A stretch of 64,000 nucleotides of DNA from Candidatus Kerfeldbacteria bacterium (GTDB lineage Bacteria > Patescibacteriota > Patescibacteriia > UBA9570 > XYC2-FULL-38-9): the NCBI GenBank assembly GCA_043813585.1, contig JBDRKW010000020.1, positions 65,185-129,184 of the forward strand. Direction: 5' to 3'. Shown here piece by piece: positions 27,916-36,917 of this stretch. A program made the translations under genes and the position numbers. The notes under the pieces are model-generated. The model worked only from the letters and a program-made list of their open reading frames with translations. It had not been told where the DNA came from and ran no database searches. Within the stretch, counting starts at the first letter, position 1. Each line of letters starts with the position of its first letter.

Positions 27916-28395
27916 TCAACTAATTTTTTTCTTCATCCGCTGGACGCGCAGACCGTGCTTCGTGGGTAACCCCCATGTTTTTTTATAACCGAGTTTTTCA
28001 TAGAACGGCACGGCGTGAAGGCTTGAACGAACCCGTACTGTTTTGATTCCTCTCCCGAGCGCCCATTTCTCAAATGCTGTCATCAGCTCCCTGCCGATGC
28101 CCCTGCCATGAAACGCGCTGTCAACATACAGGTTAAACGCCCGTCCCATGGTGCCGCGCACAAAACCCACAATCCTTACATCCTCTTCAGCGACAAACGC
28201 AATTTGGCTGCCCGCAAACTTCGCTTTGATATTCTGGAGATTATCAACAGGGTCAAAAAAGTCCAGATAGGCCTGGATAGCTTCTTGCGAGCCCTCTTCC
28301 ATATTGCATTCACGGTATGTATTCCTAATCATTTCAGCAACCGCGAACGCGTCCTGTTCCATATATGGTCGAATCTTTATACGCGTAACCAGCAT
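27916..28395 (-). CDS. GNAT family N-acetyltransferase
   Basis: LYVDSAFHGRGIGRELM, AVPFYEKLGY. Confidence 0.9.
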   Translation of the reverse strand: MLVTRIKIRPYMEQDAFAVAEMIRNTYRECNMEEGSQEAIQAYLDFFDPVDNLQNIKAKFAGSQIAFVAEEDVRIVGFVRGTMGRAFNLYVDSAFHGRGIGRELMTAFEKWALGRGIKTVRVRSSLHAVPFYEKLGYKKTWGLPTKHGLRVQRMKKKIS

Positions 28396-28404
28396 TCCAG
28401 CAAG

Positions 28405-29472
28405 TTAACGCTTTAAACCCCCGGGAAGTCTTGCGAGTTGCGTTTTAAGGCCGTTTGCGTAATCAGATACAAGTCCCTTCAACGCCGTGATCTCGTTGTA
28501 CTGCGACGGCCGTCCAAAAATCTCCATGAATCCGTGGCCGTTTACTTCTTTCGAGCCGACTGTTCCACGCACATCCATCGGCCCCTCCCAATAATTCACT
28601 TTTGCAAACAGCATCTCCGGGTCTTTGCGGAGCGGCTTCACGGTAATATTAATCTTCTTTGACGGAATTGATATCTTCCACGAGATCGAGTAGGTCGCTT
28701 TTGTTTTCGGGCTTTTCCATTTCTCATCGAGTGCCGTGAAGTGAACATCAGAGGTGTGCGTCTGTGTGCCGTTTGGGTTCATAATGCTTGCCCAGCAATC
28801 ATCACGCTCATCATCACCATAAATGTAGCACAGTATCTCTGTTCCATTATCCAGTTGGAGCGAAAACCAGGTCCATTGCCTTGAGGAGGCAAAATTCAGC
28901 TTTGACCACTGGTGGTCCATCCACGACAATCCGGTTACTTCAAGATCGCGGTCGTTCTGCCGGATGGTTCCTTTTGTATCCAGGTGGGTGAGCGTGTAGT
29001 AGTACGATCCTTTATTGCCAAGGCGCTGGTATCCATCTCCACCAACCATGAGCGGTTTCTTTTTCGATTCCAGCGATAGATTGACCTGTTCGTTCTTCAC
29101 CCGGTAATTGAACAGTGATGTCTCTTCAATGCTGTTGTTGAAGTATCCGTTCATCACGAACGGACTCGCAAAGTTGACGAATAACAGATCCCTGGTAAAC
29201 GAGTCACGAGAAGGAATGACAATATATTCCATAATAGGTGCAAACGAACGTTTTGCTACGTTGAACAGCTGCGAATGCGCGAAATAGAGCGTCTTAAACG
29301 GCATGCGCTTTAGCATAGGTTCTCCAACGTGCCTCGTGTCAACCTTGAATAACGTTGACATATACGCATAGCGGCTGCCGCGCTTATCCCATAAATGCCC
29401 ATTGAAATACCACCATTCAATGATTGCGTCGTCGTGCTTATTTTCGTCGCGCGGGAATAGAACTTTTTTCAT
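28405..29472 (-). CDS. CrtC/AttH-like (lipocalin-like) protein
   Basis: EWWYFNGHL, SYYYT, GLSWMDHQW, WTWFSLQLDNG, YWEG, GFME; start 29472 follows TGCTATACT. Confidence 0.85.
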   Translation of the reverse strand: MKKVLFPRDENKHDDAIIEWWYFNGHLWDKRGSRYAYMSTLFKVDTRHVGEPMLKRMPFKTLYFAHSQLFNVAKRSFAPIMEYIVIPSRDSFTRDLLFVNFASPFVMNGYFNNSIEETSLFNYRVKNEQVNLSLESKKKPLMVGGDGYQRLGNKGSYYYTLTHLDTKGTIRQNDRDLEVTGLSWMDHQWSKLNFASSRQWTWFSLQLDNGTEILCYIYGDDERDDCWASIMNPNGTQTHTSDVHFTALDEKWKSPKTKATYSISWKISIPSKKINITVKPLRKDPEMLFAKVNYWEGPMDVRGTVGSKEVNGHGFMEIFGRPSQYNEITALKGLVSDYANGLKTQLARLPGGLKR

Positions 29473-29531
29473 TTGCTTAGTATAGCAAAATATCTTGATT
29501 TTTTCACGATTGTTTGGCACTATTCGATTCA

Positions 29532-31025
29532 ATGGACAACAACGATCTCACGGAACATATCAAGAATAGTACGTGGTACCGCCAGGCGGTGAGCTCCAAT
29601 CTCTATTACGCATACGCGCCTTTTGACGCATATATCAAGCTCATGGGGCCGATTGCCTGTTTTGCCTATTTTGCGAACAATTTTCATGAAGGATACTTCG
29701 ACATCGACCGGTCATTTGAGATGGCCCGGGCAACACTCAAACAAGTTCGAAAGAATAGGGCGACTATCGATGAGATCCACGCGAAGTGGGAAGCTCTAAG
29801 AAGCGAACACGAGAAAAAAGTCGGACGTGTTAATGAAGGCGTCCTGCAGACATTAGATACGGATGCGTTCATAGAATTCCAGAGAGACTTTTTACAATCC
29901 TGGTGCGCACTTTGGATGATCTCTCTTTATGTAGAACCGTTTGATCCATCAGGTGAAGCATTATTGGAAGAGGAGATACAAAAAGCCGGTGTTCGACTTT
30001 CAAAGAATGAGATCGATACTCTGGTAACTCCGAACCGGCCGTTGTTTCATGCAGTGTTCGAGGCGATGCTAGCCAGCATTGCATTGAACAATTATGAACG
30101 GAAAGATCAGTTACTGAAGATGACTGACGAAGTTTCCTATCGGGATAACAGAATTATTGGATGTGCCGACCTGCAGAAGAAGTATTTCTGGAAAAAGAAT
30201 GACTGGGGGAATGCATGCGCCATGACAGAATATGATTTTTTCATAGAACTTGTTCCGTTGTTTACAAAATCAAAACAGGAACTGGGGGAGCTGATAGAAA
30301 GAGTTGAGACACACTCTAAAGACATTGCGATAAGGAAAAAAGAGATCATCGACAAGCACTCGCTGTCAGAGGAACTGCAAAACATCTTTTACTTGTTTGC
30401 TGAGATGACGCTCTTTCGCGACCAAAGGAAGATCAATATGCAAAAAACCGCAGCTGCGCTTGATGCGATGTTAGAATACATGGCTGACAGAACGGGACTG
30501 GAAAAAGGGCTGCTACGCAATGTTTATGTGACCGAGCTTTCAAGCCTGGACTTTTCCGACGATTATGTGGATCTGTTAAAAGAAAGGGAACAAGGGTCAA
30601 TGCAATATGCTGACAGCGACGGTGGGTATATGAACATCAGCGGAAAACAGGCACAAGATATTCATGATCTTCTTGAGCAAACATATAGGCAGCAGCATGC
30701 AGAGATTGTCGGCACGACAGGTTGCGGCGGGAAAGCTGCAGGAACAGTAAAGGTCATTAACACGCCCGAAGAATTTGGGAAAATGGAACAAGGAGATGTT
30801 TTGGTGGCACCGATGACTCGCCCTGAATACGTTCCGCTCATGAAAAAAGCGGCAGCGATCGTTACTGACGAGGGCGGCATTGCCTGCCATGCGGCAATCG
30901 TCTCGCGTGAGCTGGGCATACCGTGCATTATCGGTTCCCAAATCGCCACAAAGGCACTACATGACGGGGATATTGTGGAGGTTGATGCGGATAGTGGTCA
31001 AGTACGTATGATTGAAGAAAAATAA
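29532..31025 (+). CDS. Helical domain + C-terminal PEP-utilizing (phospho-His swivel) domain protein, copy 1
   Basis: MTRPEY...AAAIVTDEGGIACHAAIVSRELGIPCIIG...DGDIVEVDA; about 400-aa N-terminal region. Confidence 0.88.
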   Translation: MDNNDLTEHIKNSTWYRQAVSSNLYYAYAPFDAYIKLMGPIACFAYFANNFHEGYFDIDRSFEMARATLKQVRKNRATIDEIHAKWEALRSEHEKKVGRVNEGVLQTLDTDAFIEFQRDFLQSWCALWMISLYVEPFDPSGEALLEEEIQKAGVRLSKNEIDTLVTPNRPLFHAVFEAMLASIALNNYERKDQLLKMTDEVSYRDNRIIGCADLQKKYFWKKNDWGNACAMTEYDFFIELVPLFTKSKQELGELIERVETHSKDIAIRKKEIIDKHSLSEELQNIFYLFAEMTLFRDQRKINMQKTAAALDAMLEYMADRTGLEKGLLRNVYVTELSSLDFSDDYVDLLKEREQGSMQYADSDGGYMNISGKQAQDIHDLLEQTYRQQHAEIVGTTGCGGKAAGTVKVINTPEEFGKMEQGDVLVAPMTRPEYVPLMKKAAAIVTDEGGIACHAAIVSRELGIPCIIGSQIATKALHDGDIVEVDADSGQVRMIEEK

Positions 31026-32531
31026 ATGACATTCGAACAAGCAAAAAAGAAAGCAGGGGGACATACCTGGTGGAGCGAAGAATGCCCGGGCAAGATGCAG
31101 TATTGCTATTGGATGCATGGCGCGGTGGAGCAGCAGCTCTATTTTACGCCCGGCTTATTGAGCGTCTGTTTTTGCACGGTCCAAAACGGCTATCTTAAAG
31201 AAAAGTCTTCAGAACAGGAAAAACTACAACAGTATTTCTGGTTAAAGGAGCAGTATCAGGACGACCATGGGTACATCGACCAGGAGCACGACCGCTGGAT
31301 GCAGGTTCGCAACGATAAGGTTGCATCGTGTCAGGAGATAGTTTCCCACACAGGCAAGTGGAGCCGTAAACAGCTGTTGGAACAATACAGCCGCTTGCTG
31401 TCGCTCGCAGTCGATTCGGTCAGATGGGGGTTCTGGATCGAGAACGTGGACGTGTATACAAACAATGAACTTCCAAAAAAAATGGCAGAAGTGCTTCCGG
31501 ACATGGACAGCACGGAACGAAGTACTCTGACAGTGACGATGTGCACACCACTGATCGTGAGTTTTATGGAAGAATATCGCATCGACAAGTATCATGTGAT
31601 ACTCAACTACAGAAACGAACTGAATGAACCAACTGAAAGGGCCAAAAAAGCGGTTCAATCCTTCCACATGCAATACCGGTATATTTCCGTCAACTATGGA
31701 GGGTCGCCACCGCTCACAGAAGAAGATATTTGGAGGGAAATTCTTGAGGATGCAGCAACGCATACGGATGAAGAGCTGAAACAGGAGATCGACGATATTG
31801 AAGACAAGATTGATCGTGTCGCAGCCCAGCAATCAGCACTGGAAGAACAGCACCAGTTTCCGATGGATCTGTTGGACGACTTCACCATCATTCGTTCCAT
31901 AGGCGCATGGATGGATGAGCGCAAGGAATCGATGGTGAAGACATCGTTCGCAATCTGGACCATACTTGGAGCAATCGCCGATACAACCGGGATACCAAAA
32001 AGCGAACTGGAGTGGTATACGGTTGAGGAGATAAAAGCGTTGTTGCGTGATGATACGTGCATTCCAGCGGAACAAATACAGGAACGCAACCATAATTCCG
32101 TTATCGCCAGCGAGTTCGACGGCAAAGAGGGGAGCGATATAACGTTCTTTACGGGAAGCGAGGCGGATGAGCTGAGTGCGCTTCTTAACGCGGGCAATAC
32201 AGATGTGTTGGAAGGCATCGTCGCCAGTGCTCCTGATGCGGCCGGCGCAGTCTTTGCCGGCACGGTACAAATCGTAACAGATATCGAAAAAGAGGATTTT
32301 GAAGCGGGAAACATACTAGTGACCTCCATGACACGTCCGGATTTCATGCCGCTTATGAAGAAAGCGGCAGCAATAATCACCAATGAAGGCGGCATGACCT
32401 GCCACGCGGCAATTGTGGCGCGCGAGTTGGGCATTCCCTGCATTATTGGAACCAAATATGCAACAGAAACGCTGAGAAACGGCGATACGGCAGCGATGAA
32501 CATGGAGACTGGGGAGATTACAATCCAATAG
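31026..32531 (+). CDS. Helical domain + phospho-His swivel domain protein, copy 2
   Basis: MTRPDF...ITNEGGMTCHAAIVARELGIPCIIG. Confidence 0.88.
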   Translation: MTFEQAKKKAGGHTWWSEECPGKMQYCYWMHGAVEQQLYFTPGLLSVCFCTVQNGYLKEKSSEQEKLQQYFWLKEQYQDDHGYIDQEHDRWMQVRNDKVASCQEIVSHTGKWSRKQLLEQYSRLLSLAVDSVRWGFWIENVDVYTNNELPKKMAEVLPDMDSTERSTLTVTMCTPLIVSFMEEYRIDKYHVILNYRNELNEPTERAKKAVQSFHMQYRYISVNYGGSPPLTEEDIWREILEDAATHTDEELKQEIDDIEDKIDRVAAQQSALEEQHQFPMDLLDDFTIIRSIGAWMDERKESMVKTSFAIWTILGAIADTTGIPKSELEWYTVEEIKALLRDDTCIPAEQIQERNHNSVIASEFDGKEGSDITFFTGSEADELSALLNAGNTDVLEGIVASAPDAAGAVFAGTVQIVTDIEKEDFEAGNILVTSMTRPDFMPLMKKAAAIITNEGGMTCHAAIVARELGIPCIIGTKYATETLRNGDTAAMNMETGEITIQ

Positions 32532-32532
32532 T

Positions 32533-33978
32533 ATGAATAACGTTATCTCACATGGCCGTGAAAAACTGCGCTGGGGCCCGCTCGACGGAACCTACACGTC
32601 ATTGATCGGCACGGCTGAAGGCGTGGTGATGAAATTGTATGACCACTATCAGTTTGAATGGCCCGCAGGCGTGATGATGGCACGCGGGAACCGGTGGCAA
32701 TGGGTGCAGGACTGGGATCGTCTTATCGAACAAAGCTTCAAGTGTTTTCAAACCCTGATTTTACCCGAAGAAAAGCGCAAAGAGATACGGCAGGCATACG
32801 ATACGCAGGTGAAGCACAATCGGAGTTATGCCGATGCGGTATACAACGGTGAGCTCCCCAAGTTAGATAATGACGCGTTTGTTTCATTCTTCCGGGACTG
32901 GTTTGAGAATTACATTTCATTCTGGGGGCACTCATCACCTTGCGAGCTTTCAACCTGGGGAACAGTGGACCACCTGCAAAAAGAACTTGAACAGCGCAAC
33001 CTCAAGCCGGATGAACTCGCACGGGCATTAGAAACGCTTACCGCGCCAAGCGGATTGTCATTCTTCCAGGAGGCAGAGGCTGATTTATTAAGGACGCTCA
33101 TCAATAAAGAGCCGCTGCAAAGCCACATTGACAGATACTACTGGCTCGGTAACAGTTATGCAGGAGCAAAACGCCGCATGCTAGAAGACATTGAAGAACA
33201 GGCAGCAGAGTTGAGCAGCAAAAAAGACAGCCTGGAAGAGCAATATGCAGTGCTGACGGCATACGCAAAACAGCTGCAACAAAAACGAACAAGGATCCAG
33301 GAAGAGTTTACGCTGCCTGATGAGTTAATGGATAAAAGTCGCGCGCTTGGGATCGCAGTGACATGGCAGGATGAGCGCAAAGGAGAGATGTTCCGGCAGA
33401 TGGACGTGCTCTTTAATTGTGTAGACGAATATGCGCGCAGATTTGGCGCTGAGCGGGACGACATCAACTGGGTTGATGTGCACGAGCTTCTCGAAAATGC
33501 AGAAGACACAAACAAGATTGCAGAACTAGCCGAGGATCGCCGCGGGCATTGCGTGGTCTTCTTTTCCAAGGAGTCACACGAGACAACCGGTGGAATAAAA
33601 GCGGAAGAGTACCTTAATGAATATTGGGAAGACGAACCCGTGAATGACGAACTGAAAGGAACGGTTGCGAGTTTCGGTGATGGCGAAAGGACGGTAACCG
33701 GACAAGTCACCATAATTCATTCGGCGTTTGAAGACAAGGATTTCAAAGAGGGAAGCATACTGGCGTCAGCCATGACCACGCCGGAATTCATGCCGCTGAT
33801 CAAAAAAGCAAAAGCAATTATCACTGATGAAGGCGGCCTGACTGCGCATGCGGCAGTGGTTTCCCGTGAAATGGGCATACCGTGCATTGTTGGGACGAAA
33901 TTCGCAACAAAACTGCTAAAAGACGGCGATAGTGTTACAATGAATCTTCAGACGGGGGAAATTATCAAAAACAATTAA
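32533..33978 (+). CDS. Helical domain + phospho-His swivel domain protein, copy 3
   Basis: MTTPEF...ITDEGGLTAHAAVVSREMGIPCIVG. Confidence 0.88.
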   Translation: MNNVISHGREKLRWGPLDGTYTSLIGTAEGVVMKLYDHYQFEWPAGVMMARGNRWQWVQDWDRLIEQSFKCFQTLILPEEKRKEIRQAYDTQVKHNRSYADAVYNGELPKLDNDAFVSFFRDWFENYISFWGHSSPCELSTWGTVDHLQKELEQRNLKPDELARALETLTAPSGLSFFQEAEADLLRTLINKEPLQSHIDRYYWLGNSYAGAKRRMLEDIEEQAAELSSKKDSLEEQYAVLTAYAKQLQQKRTRIQEEFTLPDELMDKSRALGIAVTWQDERKGEMFRQMDVLFNCVDEYARRFGAERDDINWVDVHELLENAEDTNKIAELAEDRRGHCVVFFSKESHETTGGIKAEEYLNEYWEDEPVNDELKGTVASFGDGERTVTGQVTIIHSAFEDKDFKEGSILASAMTTPEFMPLIKKAKAIITDEGGLTAHAAVVSREMGIPCIVGTKFATKLLKDGDSVTMNLQTGEIIKNN

Positions 33979-33988
33979 TCGTACGCAT

Positions 33989-34933
33989 ATGGCAAAACGG
34001 GATTTTGTCCACACAACAGACTTCAGCAAGGAGGATTATGATGAAATATTCCGCCGCGCGAAGATATTTGAAGAGGGCATAAAAGCAGGCAAAGATTTTA
34101 CGCACCTGATGCCAGGTAAGGTGCTGGCAAGCATGTTCCTGAAAGAAAGCACCCGCACAATGACCAGCGCGCAGTCAGCGATTATCCGGCTGGGCGGCGC
34201 GTGGACAGGACTGACCGGGACTGCCGGAACCTACCTGGCGACCGGCGAAGAAGACGTCTATGACATCTGCGAATCCATCGCAGAAGTTGCTGATCTCATG
34301 TACCTCCGCTACAACGACGTGGACCCGAAAGAGCTTGCGAAGAAGATCAACATCCCGCTGATCAACGGCATGTGCGGCGGGGACGAACATGCCACCGGCG
34401 CCATGGCACTTGCGTATCCGTGGTCAAAGCGCATAGACCTGACCGGAAAAACTATCGGCATGTATGGCATGGTCAGTTCCAGCCGGCCGATGAAAGCGAT
34501 AGCTAGCATGCTTGCTCCGTACGGCGTTAAATTTGTAATTGACCCCGTGGTCGACGTATTTAAATTCCCGGAGCACATTACCAAACTCGCAACCGAGCGC
34601 GGTGCGACAATCGAATACAAGCCGTGGGAAGAGTGGATCGGTGATGCAGATGCGTTTATTTGGGTGGAGGGCCTGCCGCAGGCCGGCGAGCCGGAAGAGA
34701 ACGTGAAAAAGTTCAACGAGAAATTCCATCAGTTCACGGCAGCTGACATCAAGCGCGCCAAAGATGATGCGCTGTTCTTGGCCTGCATGCCGCGTATGAC
34801 AACAGACGGTCGTCTGACAATGGCCAAGGACTGCGACGACCACCCGAATAACTCATCGTTTGAGGCGCTGAATTTGTTCGTCTATGTCACAATGGCGCTC
34901 TATACCTATCTACTCGACGTTAAGGTTGATTAA
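33989..34933 (+). CDS. Divergent aspartate/ornithine carbamoyltransferase-family protein
   Basis: ESTRT carbamoyl-phosphate loop, RLGG, PLING, EHATG, CMPR. Confidence 0.8.
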   Translation: MAKRDFVHTTDFSKEDYDEIFRRAKIFEEGIKAGKDFTHLMPGKVLASMFLKESTRTMTSAQSAIIRLGGAWTGLTGTAGTYLATGEEDVYDICESIAEVADLMYLRYNDVDPKELAKKINIPLINGMCGGDEHATGAMALAYPWSKRIDLTGKTIGMYGMVSSSRPMKAIASMLAPYGVKFVIDPVVDVFKFPEHITKLATERGATIEYKPWEEWIGDADAFIWVEGLPQAGEPEENVKKFNEKFHQFTAADIKRAKDDALFLACMPRMTTDGRLTMAKDCDDHPNNSSFEALNLFVYVTMALYTYLLDVKVD

Positions 34934-34939
34934 ACGTAT

Positions 34940-36691
34940 ATGACCTCGAAAGAGTTTAGGCATTTCAAACCGGAAAAAGTCCTCATCCCGGAAACAGAAA
35001 AAGGCGGCCTGCCGTCCGAGGGTACCCAGATTATTCATGACCAGGACGGCCGGATCGCGTTTTGCGGCTCCCCGCACGATGTTGCGCAGTGGGTGAACGC
35101 CCGGCGCGACGAGGGTGCCACATTTCGAACAGAAGAAGGGGGAGTGCTGCTTCCCGGGCTGGCAGACACGCATTACCACCCTGCAATTTACGGCACGCTC
35201 GAGCTCCTAAGGCCGGCAGACGCGTCCGCAGTAAAATCGGCCGGACAGCTGCGCAACCTCGCGCAGGAGGCGCTGCGCGAACGCAAAGGCGAAACACACT
35301 CGGACGAGCCGCTGGTGATATTGAATTACGATTCTTCACAGGTTGGAAGCTTCAGCGAGCTGAACATGGACGAGGTGGAGGCGACACAGCCGATATTCGT
35401 GCTGGACCGGTCGTTCCACAGCGGCGCGGGCAATTCTGCAGCAATGCGGGTGCTTGACCGGTATTTGGAAAAAAATTACAGCCAGCGCAAACAGAAGTCA
35501 GGCGCGTACGATTTCCCTGGCTATATGAAAAAGCAGGAAATTGCGGAAGCGTTTGTATTCCTGGCAATGGAGTTAGCCGAATCATACCAATCCGTGGAAA
35601 AGGTTGAAGGCGCGATTGAGACGAGCGTGGAAAATTACCTCGCGAAAGGCGTGACGTCGATCCACGAGATGGCGGTCATGTCCTGGCAACAGCTTATGGC
35701 GTACCTGTTGCTTCACAAGGAATGGAAAGGGAAGCACCCGAAGATGGAGTTCCCGGTGAGGCAGATCTACCTAACCGACGCCGTAGTCGAGCGGTTCGTG
35801 CGCGAAGAGGATGCGCTGGTGAAATCCGGTTTGCTGACCGACGATATCAAGGGAATATTAGGAGTGAAACTGCTGGCTGACGGATCAATCGGCAGCAGGA
35901 CCGCGCTTATGGATGAACCCTATTTGTCCGCTGACCAAAAGAAACAGCACGGCATCATCTACAACCGCATGCGCGAGGCGGAAAAAGCGCTCAAACTGGC
36001 AGCACGGTCCGGTTTGGATAAAGTTGCGGTGCATGCGATCGGCGATAAAGGCATTGTGCGCGCCATCGAATTCGGCCGCAAATGGATGGAGATCGCGGAA
36101 AAAGGGAAGATTGACCCGAAATTCCGCATGGAGCATTTTGAACTTCCGCAGCCCGAATCTATTCGCGAGGCAGGGGAGATGGGCGCATGGGTGTCCATGC
36201 AGCCGAATTTTGGACTGGAAGACATTGTGTACCATGACCGCATCGGCAACCGCACGCGGCTGCTCTGTCCGCACGCTGACCTGACGAACGAAGGCGTGCC
36301 GATGATGTTCGGGAGCGACGGCATGCCGGACAGCATGTTGTACGTCATCTGGTCAGCCATGCACCACCACGACCCGAAACACCGGCTGGACGCCATATCA
36401 GCCGTGACAGCCGCATCTGCGGCTGCAGGCGCGTATGAGGGTTCGCTGCGCGGGACGCTGCAGCCCGGGTCGCAGACCGATATTGTGGTGGCGTCGCCGG
36501 AGCTGCTGCAGGTGCTGGCAGACGGACGGCTTGCACAGGACTATTTTGAACAGGCCGACCTGCCGCCTGACCAGCGGACGATCCCGATCCGCGACCAGGT
36601 TGGCGAGCTGGAACGCCGGATTTTGCGGGTATTCAGGAACGGGCAGCTTGTCCATGCAGCAGATTCGGAGAAGGACGGGAAAAGCAGTTGA
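34940..36691 (+). CDS. Amidohydrolase_3 (YtcJ-like) metallohydrolase
   Basis: LPGLADTHYH, KLLADGSIGSRTA, VHAIGD, RMEH, GSDG. Confidence 0.88.
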   Translation: MTSKEFRHFKPEKVLIPETEKGGLPSEGTQIIHDQDGRIAFCGSPHDVAQWVNARRDEGATFRTEEGGVLLPGLADTHYHPAIYGTLELLRPADASAVKSAGQLRNLAQEALRERKGETHSDEPLVILNYDSSQVGSFSELNMDEVEATQPIFVLDRSFHSGAGNSAAMRVLDRYLEKNYSQRKQKSGAYDFPGYMKKQEIAEAFVFLAMELAESYQSVEKVEGAIETSVENYLAKGVTSIHEMAVMSWQQLMAYLLLHKEWKGKHPKMEFPVRQIYLTDAVVERFVREEDALVKSGLLTDDIKGILGVKLLADGSIGSRTALMDEPYLSADQKKQHGIIYNRMREAEKALKLAARSGLDKVAVHAIGDKGIVRAIEFGRKWMEIAEKGKIDPKFRMEHFELPQPESIREAGEMGAWVSMQPNFGLEDIVYHDRIGNRTRLLCPHADLTNEGVPMMFGSDGMPDSMLYVIWSAMHHHDPKHRLDAISAVTAASAAAGAYEGSLRGTLQPGSQTDIVVASPELLQVLADGRLAQDYFEQADLPPDQRTIPIRDQVGELERRILRVFRNGQLVHAADSEKDGKSS

Positions 36692-36716
36692 CATTTTTCA
36701 TTCAGTGACGTACGGT

Positions 36717-36740
36717 AAGCCGTTCCTAGAACGGCTTTTT
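36717..36740 (+). terminator. Terminator-like hairpin
   Basis: AAGCCGTTC-CTA-GAACGGCTT followed by TTT. Confidence 0.55.
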
Positions 36741-36917
36741 AAGCCTTTTTGGGTGATCTTTATACATTTCTGCGAAACGGCAAGCAGCAGGTTTTTAGGT
36801 TGAATTTCGGGCGTTTTGAGTCCAATTAAACCTAGAACACCTTCTGCTTGTTGACGATTAGCGTTGACTGCAGAGAAGGAAACACGATACCAAAACGGGT
36901 ACTGGGAGGTACAAACC

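Noticed and set aside
33989-34933. Assigning pyrB or argF
   Set aside because: The acceptor-binding motifs of both enzymes are missing, and no other pyr or arg genes are nearby.
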